64,000 nucleotides of DNA from Oscillospiraceae bacterium (GCA_018380115.1 JAGZUF010000002.1:110281-174280), one strand, 5' to 3'. Positions 17,919-27,527 are shown, counted from the first letter of the stretch. Translations and numbers: made by a program. Notes: generated from the sequence alone by a model not told the origin.

Positions 17919-18824
17919 ATGCAGGAATACCGTATTTCCCGGGAAGAGATGCTGCACTGGTGCAGCATCCCAAAAGAGGAGCTGGCGCAGCACCCTGAGA
18001 GCAAGGTGCAGCATTTCATCATGAAAAAGGGGCGGCAGGAGGCCATGAACGTCGCCGCCGACATGATGTGCGAAGAGCTCGTGCGCAACAACGCGGCGGG
18101 CAGGCCCACAAAATGGGTGTTGGGCAGCGGCCCGGCGGACCATTACCCCCGCTTTATCGAACGCGTAAACCGCGAGCGCATCAGCCTGAAAAACCTGTAT
18201 GTGTTCCAGATGGACGAATGCCTTAACTGGGAGGGGCGCAAATACCCCCTGGGCGTACACAAAATGAGCTGCGAGGGCCGCATGCGTGCACAATTTTACG
18301 ATAAAATAGACCCCGAACTGAACGTGCCGGAAAGCCAGCGCATCTGGCCCACGCTGGAGGACCTGGACGGCCCGGACAGGCTTTGCGAACAGCTGGGCGG
18401 CATCGACACCGTGTGGGGCGGCGTGGGCTACAAGGGCCTTGTGGCCAACAATGAAACCCCGCTGGACCCCTACCAGCGCGTGACGCTGGAGCAGTATGCC
18501 AATTCCCGCACGCGCGTGGTGTACTGCACGCCGGATAACATCATCCAGTACAGCGAGCGCGATTTCGGCGGCTGCTACGACCTGTGCAACCCCATGATGC
18601 TCACCATCGGCATGAAGGTGATGCTCTCGGCAAAGCGCGCCGTATACATGATAACCACCGGCTCGTGGAAAAAGACGGTGCTGCGCGTGGCGATGTTCAG
18701 TGAGCCCACGCTGGAATACCCGGTGACGCTGTTCCCCAAATATGTGCCGGATATCACCCTTCTGTGCGATGAATTCACGGCGGACCATCCGCTGAGCCAC
18801 CCGAACAGCCTTGTTTGCGAATGA
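17919..18824 (+). CDS. NagB/Pgl-fold (glucosamine-6-P deaminase family) protein with a substituted catalytic motif
   Basis: Aligns to NagB over MDE(C) and GG(V)G blocks. The GxGxDGHxAFNEP block reads GGVGYKGLVANNETP, so the Asp/His positions are replaced. Confidence 0.75.
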   Translation: MQEYRISREEMLHWCSIPKEELAQHPESKVQHFIMKKGRQEAMNVAADMMCEELVRNNAAGRPTKWVLGSGPADHYPRFIERVNRERISLKNLYVFQMDECLNWEGRKYPLGVHKMSCEGRMRAQFYDKIDPELNVPESQRIWPTLEDLDGPDRLCEQLGGIDTVWGGVGYKGLVANNETPLDPYQRVTLEQYANSRTRVVYCTPDNIIQYSERDFGGCYDLCNPMMLTIGMKVMLSAKRAVYMITTGSWKKTVLRVAMFSEPTLEYPVTLFPKYVPDITLLCDEFTADHPLSHPNSLVCE

Positions 18825-18837
18825 AAGGACGGCGTGT

Positions 18838-19785
18838 ATGAAGCCTGCAGATGTGCTGGTGCTGAATAATATCGGAGGCGGGTTCGACATTCTTGTAAAG
18901 CGCCTGCCGAACCCGCACGAGACCATCATGATGAAGCATATGCACCTGACGGAAGACCTTGCCAAAGGCGGCAATGTGGCCGTGGCCCTTGCACGCCTGG
19001 GCATTTCGTGTACCATTATCGGCAAGATAGGCGATGATGAGGCCGGAAGGCGGGATCTTGACTGGATGCAGGCCGCCGGGGTGGATACCAGCGAAGTGCT
19101 TGTAAGCTCAGATGTAGCCACCGGCCAGGGCATCGGCATCATTGCCGACAACGGCGATAATATCCTCATCACAGGTGAGAGCTCCAGCGAAAAGCTCACC
19201 TGGGAGGAGGTGCAGGCGGCCATGCTTCGCCGCAGGGGCGCGGGGTATTTTATCACCGGGCTTGAGGTACGCATGCCGCTGGTGCTGCGCGCTGCACAGC
19301 TTGCCAGGCAGCTTGGCATGCGGGTGATGTTCAACCCCAGCCCTGTGCCTGAAGGCGGCCTGCCCGCCCCACTGTACTATGTGGACGATTTTTTTGTAAA
19401 CGAGGTGGAGGCCCAGCTTCTTCTTGGCCTGCCTGCTGCGGAGGTGGGCGACACCTTCGATGCGCGCGGCGTGTGCGAGGCGCTGCGTGCGCGCTACCAG
19501 CCCGCGCGCGTGTTTCTCACGCTGGGCGCAAAGGGCAGTTACTGCCTGGACGGGCAGCATTTCTTTTTCACTCCGCCCGTGCCTGTCACAGCGGTAGACA
19601 GCTGCGGCGCAGGCGACGGCTACCTTGCCGCCGTGGCGGCAAACCTTGTGTGGGGCAGGCCTCTGCCGGAGGCCTGCCGCTGGGCGGCAGGCTATTCTGC
19701 TTACGCCGTCACACAGCGCGAATGCCTGCCCGGCTATGCGGACAGGGCCACTGTTGAGGCCTTCCTCTCCGCGCACAGCGTCTAA
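18838..19785 (+). CDS. PfkB-family sugar kinase
   Basis: Ribokinase-like fold; anion hole / catalytic DSCGAGD near the C-terminus. RBS AAAGGA. Confidence 0.85.
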   Translation: MKPADVLVLNNIGGGFDILVKRLPNPHETIMMKHMHLTEDLAKGGNVAVALARLGISCTIIGKIGDDEAGRRDLDWMQAAGVDTSEVLVSSDVATGQGIGIIADNGDNILITGESSSEKLTWEEVQAAMLRRRGAGYFITGLEVRMPLVLRAAQLARQLGMRVMFNPSPVPEGGLPAPLYYVDDFFVNEVEAQLLLGLPAAEVGDTFDARGVCEALRARYQPARVFLTLGAKGSYCLDGQHFFFTPPVPVTAVDSCGAGDGYLAAVAANLVWGRPLPEACRWAAGYSAYAVTQRECLPGYADRATVEAFLSAHSV

Positions 19786-19892
19786 GTGCATGCCTTGCGC
19801 AGCGCTGCATGGCTGCCGGTATTTTCTCTTTTATTCCGTTTGTTTTCGCATGCGGCATGGTTTCTCTCTCCTCCTGCCGCATGCGGCAGCAA

Positions 19893-19935
19893 GAAAAAGC
19901 CCCGCCCGTATTAGAATTACGGGCGGGGCTTTTTA
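19893..19935. terminator. Perfect palindromic bidirectional terminator
   Basis: AAAAAGCCCCGCCCGTAttagaaTTACGGGCGGGGCTTTTT. Confidence 0.6.
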
Positions 19936-19950
19936 TGCTCTGTGCTGCCG

Positions 19951-20382
19951 TTACAAAAACTGCGAAAGCTGGCCTGCGTAAACATTCTCTGCATGCTGCA
20001 GGCGCTGGGCCAGCGCCACAGCGCCGGGGTTGGCGTTCTCGGCCTCCTTGATGGCCATGGTGAGGTCCGTCACGCCCATATGGTTTCCCTCTATCATCAT
20101 CTGCGCCAAATTGCGCGAGGACGCATCGCGCATTGTCTTCATGGCAATGCCCATCTGGGCGCTCATCTTTGCCATGGCGCTTTCAGGCTTCACCTCACAG
20201 CCGTCTGCCGCCAGCATGGCGCGCGCCCGGTTCGAAATATCCTCATGTGTGGCAAGCTGTTCGTGTATCTTCTTTTTCAGCTCGGCGTCCTTGGTGATGC
20301 CTATCAGCTTGTTCAGCGTAGTCTGGCACATCTGCGTATTTTTCACCACGGCGCCCAGCAGCTTCTGCGTCTGGCTGTCCAT
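19951..20382 (-). CDS. Hypothetical alpha-helical protein (143 aa)
   Basis: Strong RBS AGAAGGAGAGAC before the ATG at 20382; helical, no recognisable motif. The longer ORF-track N-terminus lacks an RBS. Confidence 0.5.
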   Translation of the reverse strand: MDSQTQKLLGAVVKNTQMCQTTLNKLIGITKDAELKKKIHEQLATHEDISNRARAMLAADGCEVKPESAMAKMSAQMGIAMKTMRDASSRNLAQMMIEGNHMGVTDLTMAIKEAENANPGAVALAQRLQHAENVYAGQLSQFL

Positions 20383-20704
20383 ATCGCGTCTCTCCTTCTC
20401 TGCGGTTTGCCTTGCTTTGGCGCACACGGGCGCTTGCGGCCTTTGCGCGCTGCCGTTAGTATGCGCATTCTGAATCAAAACATGCACCCCGGCTTAACAG
20501 GCCGTTCTCCCGGCCCTGCTGTCGAAAAAGTGTATCTCCTCCGCAAACAATATTTATATTCAACCCGACTGATAACTGTCACAAAATTTCATCGAATAAA
20601 TTGTATATTCCAACAAAAATACCTCGCGGAAAAATTTTCTTTTTCTGTTGTATCTATGCAAAATCAGGCAATGTACATAGAAGCGCATGAAAACATCCGT
20701 CATA

Positions 20705-20745
20705 TTGACGATTTGTTATGAAATTAACGAACAAATTCGTCAAGA
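20705..20745. promoter_or_regulatory. Candidate operator: 13/14-bp inverted repeat TTGACGATTTGTT-N14-AACAAATTCGTCAA upstream of the TRAP operon promoter
   Basis: Seen directly in the sequence, inside an unusually AT-rich 240-bp upstream region. Confidence 0.35.
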
Positions 20746-20802
20746 TAAAATTTTAAGTTTGGAGAAATTGTATAAATTCTATATAAAATATATTTAATTT
20801 TA

Positions 20803-20832
20803 TGCAATTTGACATAAAATTCTGAAATTGTT
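20803..20832 (+). promoter_or_regulatory. Sigma70-type promoter of the TAXI-TRAP operon (TTGACA-N17-TATAGT)
   Basis: Canonical hexamers with 17-nt spacing, about 110 nt upstream of the start codon at 20944. Confidence 0.5.
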
Positions 20833-20943
20833 ATAGTATGGACAGAAAAGTGGAGAGAACCATCCGGCAAGGATCCACCGGATATCTTTTCGCGAAACCC
20901 ACCAATGAAATCCACCTTTTGATGTGAGACAAAGGAGCGCAAT

Positions 20944-21963
20944 ATGAAAAAGGCAATCGCAATTTTTCTTGTACTGACCTTTTGCAGCATGTTGTTAGCC
21001 GGCTGCTCTGATGCCCCTGCAGACGGCAGCATTGCCGGCGGTACTTCCATTTTGAATATCGGCACCGGCTCGGTAGGCGGCACAGATAATACCGTGGTGG
21101 AGGCGATCTCCTCTGTGGTCAACCAGAAGACCGGCCTGAAGACCTCTACCATCACCACCAATGGAGGCACTGAAATCATCTATCTGCTAGAGACCGGCGA
21201 CATTCAGGCCGGTTATTCCGGCACCATCGACCTGATCAATGCTTTGAACGGGGCCAGCTCTTTCGACCACGCCGTAGACCCCTCTCATATGCTGCAGTGC
21301 TTCGGCTTCGTCACATGGGATCTGCCCCTGGTAGTGCTGGATAATTCCGGCATTGAAAACTATGAGGATCTGGCCGGAAAGCGTGTCGGCCTCTCGCCGG
21401 TGGGTTCTTCCACCGCTGAGGTGCTGATGCTCGTTCTGGAGGCCTATGACCTGACTGACAGCGTCACCATAGAGAATTTCACCTGGAATGAAGGATACAC
21501 GGCATTGAAGGACGGCCGTATCGACGCCATGGTGGGTTCCTGGGCCAACGGCGATCCCATCAGCGGGCTGATCGAGCTCAAAGCCACCAAAGATATTCGT
21601 ATTCTGAATATGAGCGAAGAGGCAGCGCAGGCGGTGGCGCAGGCCAATGCGGGTGTGAGCAGCGGTGTGCTCACTAGTGAAAACGACGATTCTATCGCCC
21701 CCGGCGAAGAAGTGATCGCCCCTACCAATTCGGGTGTTATCATCGCCGATGCCAGCGTGGATGAAGAAAGCATTTATCAGTACACCAAGGCTGTGCTGGA
21801 AAATCTGGAAGAGCTGAAGGGCATCTCCAACTATTTTGACGCCTTTGAAGATGTTTGCATGAGCGTATGTGTAGAAGGCGTCCCCTTCCACCCTGGCGCG
21901 GCAAAAGCGCTGAAAGAAGCCGACCTGTGGGAAGACAGGTTCACTGTATATGACGGGGTATAA
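20944..21963 (+). CDS. TAXI-family TRAP transporter solute-binding lipoprotein
   Basis: Signal peptide plus lipobox (LLAGCS); the LNIGTGSVGGTDNTV block is typical of TAXI (NMT1_3-like) receptors. Confidence 0.85.
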   Translation: MKKAIAIFLVLTFCSMLLAGCSDAPADGSIAGGTSILNIGTGSVGGTDNTVVEAISSVVNQKTGLKTSTITTNGGTEIIYLLETGDIQAGYSGTIDLINALNGASSFDHAVDPSHMLQCFGFVTWDLPLVVLDNSGIENYEDLAGKRVGLSPVGSSTAEVLMLVLEAYDLTDSVTIENFTWNEGYTALKDGRIDAMVGSWANGDPISGLIELKATKDIRILNMSEEAAQAVAQANAGVSSGVLTSENDDSIAPGEEVIAPTNSGVIIADASVDEESIYQYTKAVLENLEELKGISNYFDAFEDVCMSVCVEGVPFHPGAAKALKEADLWEDRFTVYDGV

Positions 21964-22088
21964 CTCTGCCAGACAGTAGCTGTGATGCCCTCGTCGTGAG
22001 GCGCAGCAGGGGCGCCCGTGCAGGGCGCCCCTATTTTCAGGCAGGCAGTGAAAAAAGCATGCCTGCCGTGACGTGACAGGAGGTATCC

Positions 22089-23996
22089 ATGGAAGCAACC
22101 GCCAAAGCCGGGCTTGCCCGTACACTGGACCGTGCCACCACCGTGGTGGCCGTTCTGATGAGCATCTATCATCTGGTGGCCTGCAACATCAACCTGTTTC
22201 AGGCGGGCCAGCACATCAACCTGCATATTTTGTTCGCGCTTGTTATTGTGTTTTTACAGGCCATTAAAATCAAGGAGGGCCGCCCCACCTGGCAGGGCTG
22301 GTGCATGATAGGCCTTCTGGCTGCCAGTATAGCAGTATGTGTGTATATTCATTTTAATTACACCAATTTCATGACTGCCCTGGGCGCACAGCCGTTCGAT
22401 AAGGTATTCAGCGGCGTGTGCATTCTTTTGATCGTGCTGATTGCCACCCAGCGCACCTGGGGCTGGGTAATACCTGTCATCTCGGTCATCGCCCTGCTGT
22501 ACGGCTATTTTGGCCCTTATCTTCCGGGGCCCCTATTCCATGGCGGGCTTTCTTTCTCCCGCCTTATCACCTATGTCACCACCAATTTCGACGGTATTTA
22601 CGGCATGCTGGCCTCCGTGTCGGCAAACACCATCATCCTGTTCACCATCTTCGGCGGAATGATGGATGCCTTCGGCGCCATAGGCGCCATTATGAATGTG
22701 GCCATGTCTGCCTCCACCAAGATCCGCTCCGGCGGTGCACAGGTTGCAGTGCTTTCCTCCGGGCTAATCGGCTCCATCACGGGCAGCGTGGCCGCCAACA
22801 TCACCCTTACAGGCGCAGTATCTATCCCTTTGATGAAAAAGCGCGGTTACCCGGCTGAATTTGCCGCCGCATGCGAAGCGGCGGCCTCCACCGGCGGGGC
22901 CATCCTGCCCCCTGTGATGAACGCAGCGGCGTTTATTATCGCAAGCTGGACGGGCATTCCCTATATCACACTGGTATTTGTAGGTATCACCCCCGCGCTG
23001 CTTTATTACGGCGGCATTGCTCTTAGCGTCTATATCAAGGCTTGCAAGCTGGGGGACGAAAAGGTTCGTGATGAAACGCTGACGGCCTTTCATTCCGCCT
23101 TCCTCAATCTGCTGGTGTTTATTATCCCGGTCATCCTTCTCGTCGTGCTGATGGTCATGGGAGAATCGGCGCAGAAATCGCTTTTCCTTGCCATTTGCTG
23201 TCTTGCGTTAGTGGGGCTAATCCAGCAATTCGTCATGCGGGAGGAAAAGCCCCTGCACGCCTTTGTCAAAAAGCTTCTGGCCGGCTTTGAAAACGGCGGG
23301 CGAACCGTGGCCAGCATCGCCGTTGTAATGGCCTGCATGGGCGTGGTCGTCCAAATGATGACTGCCACCGGTCTTTCCAGCAAAATAAGCCAATTCGCAC
23401 TGGCCATTGCCGGGGATAATCTGCTGGTTTTGGCCATCGTGGTGGCCCTTACCTGCGTGCTGTTCGGCATGGGCATGCCCAGCGCCTCCGCATATATTCT
23501 TGCGGCCCTGCTTGGCGCACCTGCGCTGACCACCTTCGGCGTGCCCGTGGTGGTTGCTCATTTCTTTGTTTTCTATTTTGCCGAAATGAGCGCCCTCACC
23601 CCGCCGGTGGCGATTGGCTGCCTTGTGGCGGCCGGCCTTGCCAAGGCAGACTTTTTTAAGACCTGCCTCATTTCCATGCGTCTTGCCATTGTGGGCTTCG
23701 TTTTGCCCTTCCTGTTTTTATACCGCCCGGCATTGCTTTTGCAGGGCACTGTGCTTGAGTGGGCCTGGGCCGTGCTGATGGTAGTGGCTTTCCTGTTCTG
23801 CTTCATTGTATTCTGCGAGAATTTCTTCCGCACACGCACCACTCTGTGGGAGCGCATCATAGCCGGCGCCGGTGCCCTGTGCTGCGTGCTTCCTTTCTAT
23901 GCGCTGGATTTTGCCGGTCTTGCGCTGTTTGGCGTGCTGATTATCAGCCAGGGGCGCAGGGTACGCCGCGAGCGCAGCCTGAAGCAGGCCGAATAA
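22089..23996 (+). CDS. TRAP transporter fused 4TM/12TM permease (TAXI-associated)
   Basis: 635-aa polytopic membrane protein immediately after the TAXI receptor. RBS GGAGG. Confidence 0.85.
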   Translation: MEATAKAGLARTLDRATTVVAVLMSIYHLVACNINLFQAGQHINLHILFALVIVFLQAIKIKEGRPTWQGWCMIGLLAASIAVCVYIHFNYTNFMTALGAQPFDKVFSGVCILLIVLIATQRTWGWVIPVISVIALLYGYFGPYLPGPLFHGGLSFSRLITYVTTNFDGIYGMLASVSANTIILFTIFGGMMDAFGAIGAIMNVAMSASTKIRSGGAQVAVLSSGLIGSITGSVAANITLTGAVSIPLMKKRGYPAEFAAACEAAASTGGAILPPVMNAAAFIIASWTGIPYITLVFVGITPALLYYGGIALSVYIKACKLGDEKVRDETLTAFHSAFLNLLVFIIPVILLVVLMVMGESAQKSLFLAICCLALVGLIQQFVMREEKPLHAFVKKLLAGFENGGRTVASIAVVMACMGVVVQMMTATGLSSKISQFALAIAGDNLLVLAIVVALTCVLFGMGMPSASAYILAALLGAPALTTFGVPVVVAHFFVFYFAEMSALTPPVAIGCLVAAGLAKADFFKTCLISMRLAIVGFVLPFLFLYRPALLLQGTVLEWAWAVLMVVAFLFCFIVFCENFFRTRTTLWERIIAGAGALCCVLPFYALDFAGLALFGVLIISQGRRVRRERSLKQAE

Positions 23997-24012
23997 CAGG
24001 AGGCCAGCCGAT

Positions 24013-25236
24013 ATGGGACAAAGTGGAAAAACCATCATCCTTTGCTGCACCATGGACACAAAAAGCCGTGAGGCGCTTTACCTGAAAGAACAGGTGGAGG
24101 CCTTTGGCCACGAGGTGCGTATCATTGACATGGGCATGAAAAAGCCCAGCCCTCCCGGTGTATTCATCACGCAGGCCCAGGTGGCGGGGCTCTATTACGA
24201 ACAAATCGTCAGCAGCAATATCCGCAGCGAAGCTGCCGCCTATATGATAAAGGGCCTGAAAAGCATCGTGCGCCAGCTTTATGCCGACGGCCAACTTGAC
24301 GGCATTATGGCCATCGGCGGCTCTGGCGGCACCACCATGGCTTCTGCCGCCATGCACGAGCTTCCGCTGGGCGTGCCCAAAATCGTTGTGACCACCATGG
24401 CGTCCGGCAATACGCTGCCCTATGTACAGGGCGAGGACGTTCTGCTTTTGAACCCGGTGGTAGACATCCAGAACCTGAATTTTCTGACAGAGTATATCCT
24501 GCGGCAGGCCGCCGCCGTGATGAACGGCATGATATGCTGCCGCCCGCTGGAGCGAGGTAAGAAAAAAGCCATTGCCATCACCTGCTTCGGAGTGACTACC
24601 CCCTGTGTAGACCGCTGTGCCGGGCTGCTGCAGGAGGAAGGGTACGAGGTGCTCATCTTCCATGCGCGCGGTTCTTCCGGGGGAAAGATCATGGAAAAAA
24701 TGATTGCCGAAGGGCATTTCTGCGCCGTGCTGGATGTCACTACAACTGAGCTGGCCGACGAAGTGGCCGGCGGCATCTATTCAGTGGGGCCCCGGCGGCT
24801 GCGGGAGGCGCCGGCCCGCGGCATTCCCTACATCGTGGTGCCCGGTGCGCTGGAGATGATAAACCTTGGCTCGGAAGACACCCTGCAGCCCGCGCAGAAG
24901 GCCCGCACTCTGTATTACCACAGCCCAAGTTCAGTAAAAATGCGGGCCAATGGCGCAGAAATGAAAGAGCTGGGCGAAATTTTTATCCAGCGGCTGCAGC
25001 ACAGCCGTCCGGGAATGACCAAGGTCATCATTCCGGCAAGGGGCTTCTCCAGTGTGGATATGCCCGGCAAGGTATTCAGCGACCCGGACGCCAACCAGAT
25101 TTTCATCAATGAAGTAAAGTACAAGATGCCAGGCAACGTGCCCGTCATGATACAGGACAGCCACGTCAATGACCGGGCATTTGCCGATGTGCTCGTGCGC
25201 GAGCTGTTGCGCATGATGCCCAAAACACAGTATTGA
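24013..25236 (+). CDS. UPF0261 / Tm-1-like N-terminal-domain homolog
   Basis: Aligns block-for-block to the tomato Tm-1 N-domain: IGGSGGTTMASAAMHELPLGVPKIVVTTMASGNT; FGVTTPCVDRC…GYEVLIFHARGSSG…VLDVTTTELADEVAGG. Confidence 0.85.
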   Translation: MGQSGKTIILCCTMDTKSREALYLKEQVEAFGHEVRIIDMGMKKPSPPGVFITQAQVAGLYYEQIVSSNIRSEAAAYMIKGLKSIVRQLYADGQLDGIMAIGGSGGTTMASAAMHELPLGVPKIVVTTMASGNTLPYVQGEDVLLLNPVVDIQNLNFLTEYILRQAAAVMNGMICCRPLERGKKKAIAITCFGVTTPCVDRCAGLLQEEGYEVLIFHARGSSGGKIMEKMIAEGHFCAVLDVTTTELADEVAGGIYSVGPRRLREAPARGIPYIVVPGALEMINLGSEDTLQPAQKARTLYYHSPSSVKMRANGAEMKELGEIFIQRLQHSRPGMTKVIIPARGFSSVDMPGKVFSDPDANQIFINEVKYKMPGNVPVMIQDSHVNDRAFADVLVRELLRMMPKTQY

Positions 25237-25250
25237 GGAGTGCTTGAGAC

Positions 25251-26078
25251 ATGCGATTTACACGCGAACAGGTGCTGGCTGCTTTGCGCGGGCGCATTGC
25301 CCAGGGCAGGGCTGTGCTGGCAGCCGCTGCCGGAAACGGGCTGGTGGCTCGTGTGGAGGAAAAAAACGGCGCCGATCTGATCATCGTATATAATTCCGGG
25401 CGATACCGTATGAATGGGATTGCCAGCATTGCCGGGAACCTTCCTATTGGGGATGCCAACGCCATCGTGCAGGAGATGGGGCAAGAACAGATCCTCCCGC
25501 TGGTGCGCAGCACCCCGGTCGTGGCGGGCATTTATGGGGTGGATCCCACCCGCGACATGCGCCGCTTTCTGGAGGGGCTGGCAGACATCGGTTACAGTGG
25601 AGTGATCAACTTTCCTACCGTAGGCAAGCTGAGCGGCCCCATCCGGCAGGAGCTGGAGCAGGTAGGCCTGGGCTTTCCCCGCGAGGTGCAGCGCCTGCAT
25701 CTGGCCGCAGAGCTTGGCTTTTTCACCATGGCATATTGCTATTGCCCGCAGGAGGCCCGCATGCTGGCCGAGGCCGGCATTGATATCATCGTCTCTCATG
25801 TGGGGCTCACCGCAGGCGGCGACGTAGGGGTGCGCACCGCCAGCCCGCTGGAAGAAGCTGCCGAAAGGACACGCGCCATTCTGGAGGCGGCGCTGGAGGT
25901 TCGGCCGGGCATCATCCCCCTGTGCCACGGCGGGCCCATCGTCACCCCGCAGGATGTGCAGAAGGTCATCCAAACTACGCCTGCCGTGGGCTTTGTGGCT
26001 GCCTCCAGCATTGAGCGCCTGCCGGTAGAAGGCGCCGTGGGCAGCATGGTGCAGGCCCTGAGGGCGGTGTCCCTGTGA
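25251..26078 (+). CDS. PEP-hydrolase-like TIM-barrel protein, homolog of the Tm-1 C-terminal domain
   Basis: LIIVYNSGRYRMNGIASIAGNLPIGDANAIV…INFPTVG…IIVSHVGLTAGG…LCHGGPI…SSIERLPVE matches the Tm-1 C-domain. Confidence 0.85.
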   Translation: MRFTREQVLAALRGRIAQGRAVLAAAAGNGLVARVEEKNGADLIIVYNSGRYRMNGIASIAGNLPIGDANAIVQEMGQEQILPLVRSTPVVAGIYGVDPTRDMRRFLEGLADIGYSGVINFPTVGKLSGPIRQELEQVGLGFPREVQRLHLAAELGFFTMAYCYCPQEARMLAEAGIDIIVSHVGLTAGGDVGVRTASPLEEAAERTRAILEAALEVRPGIIPLCHGGPIVTPQDVQKVIQTTPAVGFVAASSIERLPVEGAVGSMVQALRAVSL

Positions 26079-27478
26079 GGGGCGGAACGCTTCGCCGGCC
26101 CGCCGCACGCACAGCTCTTTTTTATCTGCTTGGGGCGGCGGCGCTGACTGTGAGCCTGTGTGCCGGCAGCCTGAACGTTCTCTTTCCCATCCCCATGGGC
26201 GGGCCGGGCTATGCGGCGCTGGCTTTGCTGGTTTTCGCAATTTTAAGCTGGTGTTTGATGCTGGCCCCTATTGCCGTGACGGCGCTGGCGGTGCTGGTGC
26301 TGCTTCCCTTTACCGGTCTGATGGATTTCGGGCAGGTGGTTGCCACGGGCTTCGGCGACAGTACCTTCGCATTTTTTCTTGGCGTTCTGCTGCTGAGTGC
26401 CGCCTTCCAGAAAACGCCTCTTGGGCGCCGCATTGCGCTGGTCATTTTCCGCATATTCGGCTGCAAGCCGCGCTGTGTGCTGTTTGGCCTGATGCTTGCG
26501 GGCATGCTGCTTGCCATGTGGGTTACAGAAGTGGCCAGCGCAGCCATCCTTTACCCCCTGGCACTCTCCATTGTAGAGCAAAGCCGCGGCCGGGCAGACC
26601 ATTCCACTCTGGCGCGCGTTCTCATGCTTGGCGTCGCGTGGGGGCCCGCTTTTGGCGGCGTAGCCACACCTATTGCAACCGGGGCAAACCTTGTAGCCGT
26701 GAATTATCTGGAGCAATATGCCGGAATAACCGTCAGCTTCGGGCGCTGGATGAGCATTGGCCTTCCCATTGCCGTCACGCTGCTGGCAGCCGGCTGGTTC
26801 CTGCTTGCAAGAGAGATACCCCGTGACGCAGAGGCCTTGCAGATGGAGGGAAATATCCCCCCCTTCAGCCGCAAAGAAGCCTTTCTGCTGGCGGATTTTC
26901 TGCTTGCCGTGCTACTCTGGGTGCTGGGGGATAAGGTCGGGCTGTCCAGCCATCATGTGGCCCTTCTGGCAGGGCTGGTGCTGTTTCTGCCCGGCATTGA
27001 TGTTCTGGACTGGAAGGACACGGTCCGTTCTATCAGTTGGGATTCCATCATCCTTATCTGCAGCGGCATCGTACTGGGACAGGTGCTGTACCAGTACGGC
27101 GTTGCCGAATGGATGGCCGGGCTGTTGTTTATACCGGGGCTTTTACAGCAGGGCCTGTTTCTCACAGGCGCATATATCGTGCTCACGGTATCGGTTCTGA
27201 AAATCCTGTTCAGCAGCAACACAGTGGCAGGCGTTATTCTTGTACCCGTTATGATCACGCTGGCCGGGCAGCTTGGGGCCAGCGCCTGGGGTTTTGTGGC
27301 CCCCTGTATCTTTTCTTCAGCACTATCTTTTATCGTAATAACCTCCAGCCCCGTCAATGTGATACCCTATGCCTCCGGCTGCTTTACCCCCGGCGATATG
27401 GCCAGGCGCGGGACGGTAATGACGCTGCTTGCCGCTGTTATCATCGCCTTCTGGCTGATGCTGCTACAGGTGCGCTGA
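26075..27478 (+). CDS. DASS-family (SLC13-like) anion:Na+ symporter
   Basis: Polytopic; the FSSNTVAGVIL (SNT) hairpin motif appears twice (also GGVATPIATGANL). The start overlaps the upstream stop and the exact start is uncertain. Confidence 0.8.
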   Translation: MRGGTLRRPAARTALFYLLGAAALTVSLCAGSLNVLFPIPMGGPGYAALALLVFAILSWCLMLAPIAVTALAVLVLLPFTGLMDFGQVVATGFGDSTFAFFLGVLLLSAAFQKTPLGRRIALVIFRIFGCKPRCVLFGLMLAGMLLAMWVTEVASAAILYPLALSIVEQSRGRADHSTLARVLMLGVAWGPAFGGVATPIATGANLVAVNYLEQYAGITVSFGRWMSIGLPIAVTLLAAGWFLLAREIPRDAEALQMEGNIPPFSRKEAFLLADFLLAVLLWVLGDKVGLSSHHVALLAGLVLFLPGIDVLDWKDTVRSISWDSIILICSGIVLGQVLYQYGVAEWMAGLLFIPGLLQQGLFLTGAYIVLTVSVLKILFSSNTVAGVILVPVMITLAGQLGASAWGFVAPCIFSSALSFIVITSSPVNVIPYASGCFTPGDMARRGTVMTLLAAVIIAFWLMLLQVR

Positions 27479-27527
27479 GCCGCTTTCCATTTTCCAGCGC
27501 ACGGCACGCGCGCCCGCCGCAGCTCTG

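Noticed and set aside
17835-19334. 499-aa minus-strand ORF
   Set aside because: It lies antisense to the NagB-fold and PfkB genes, has no RBS and low-complexity Arg/Ala-rich composition, and it overlaps two well-supported CDSs.
24915-26240. 441-aa minus-strand ORF
   Set aside because: It lies antisense to the Tm-1-like genes and the DASS gene start. It has no RBS and non-protein-like composition.
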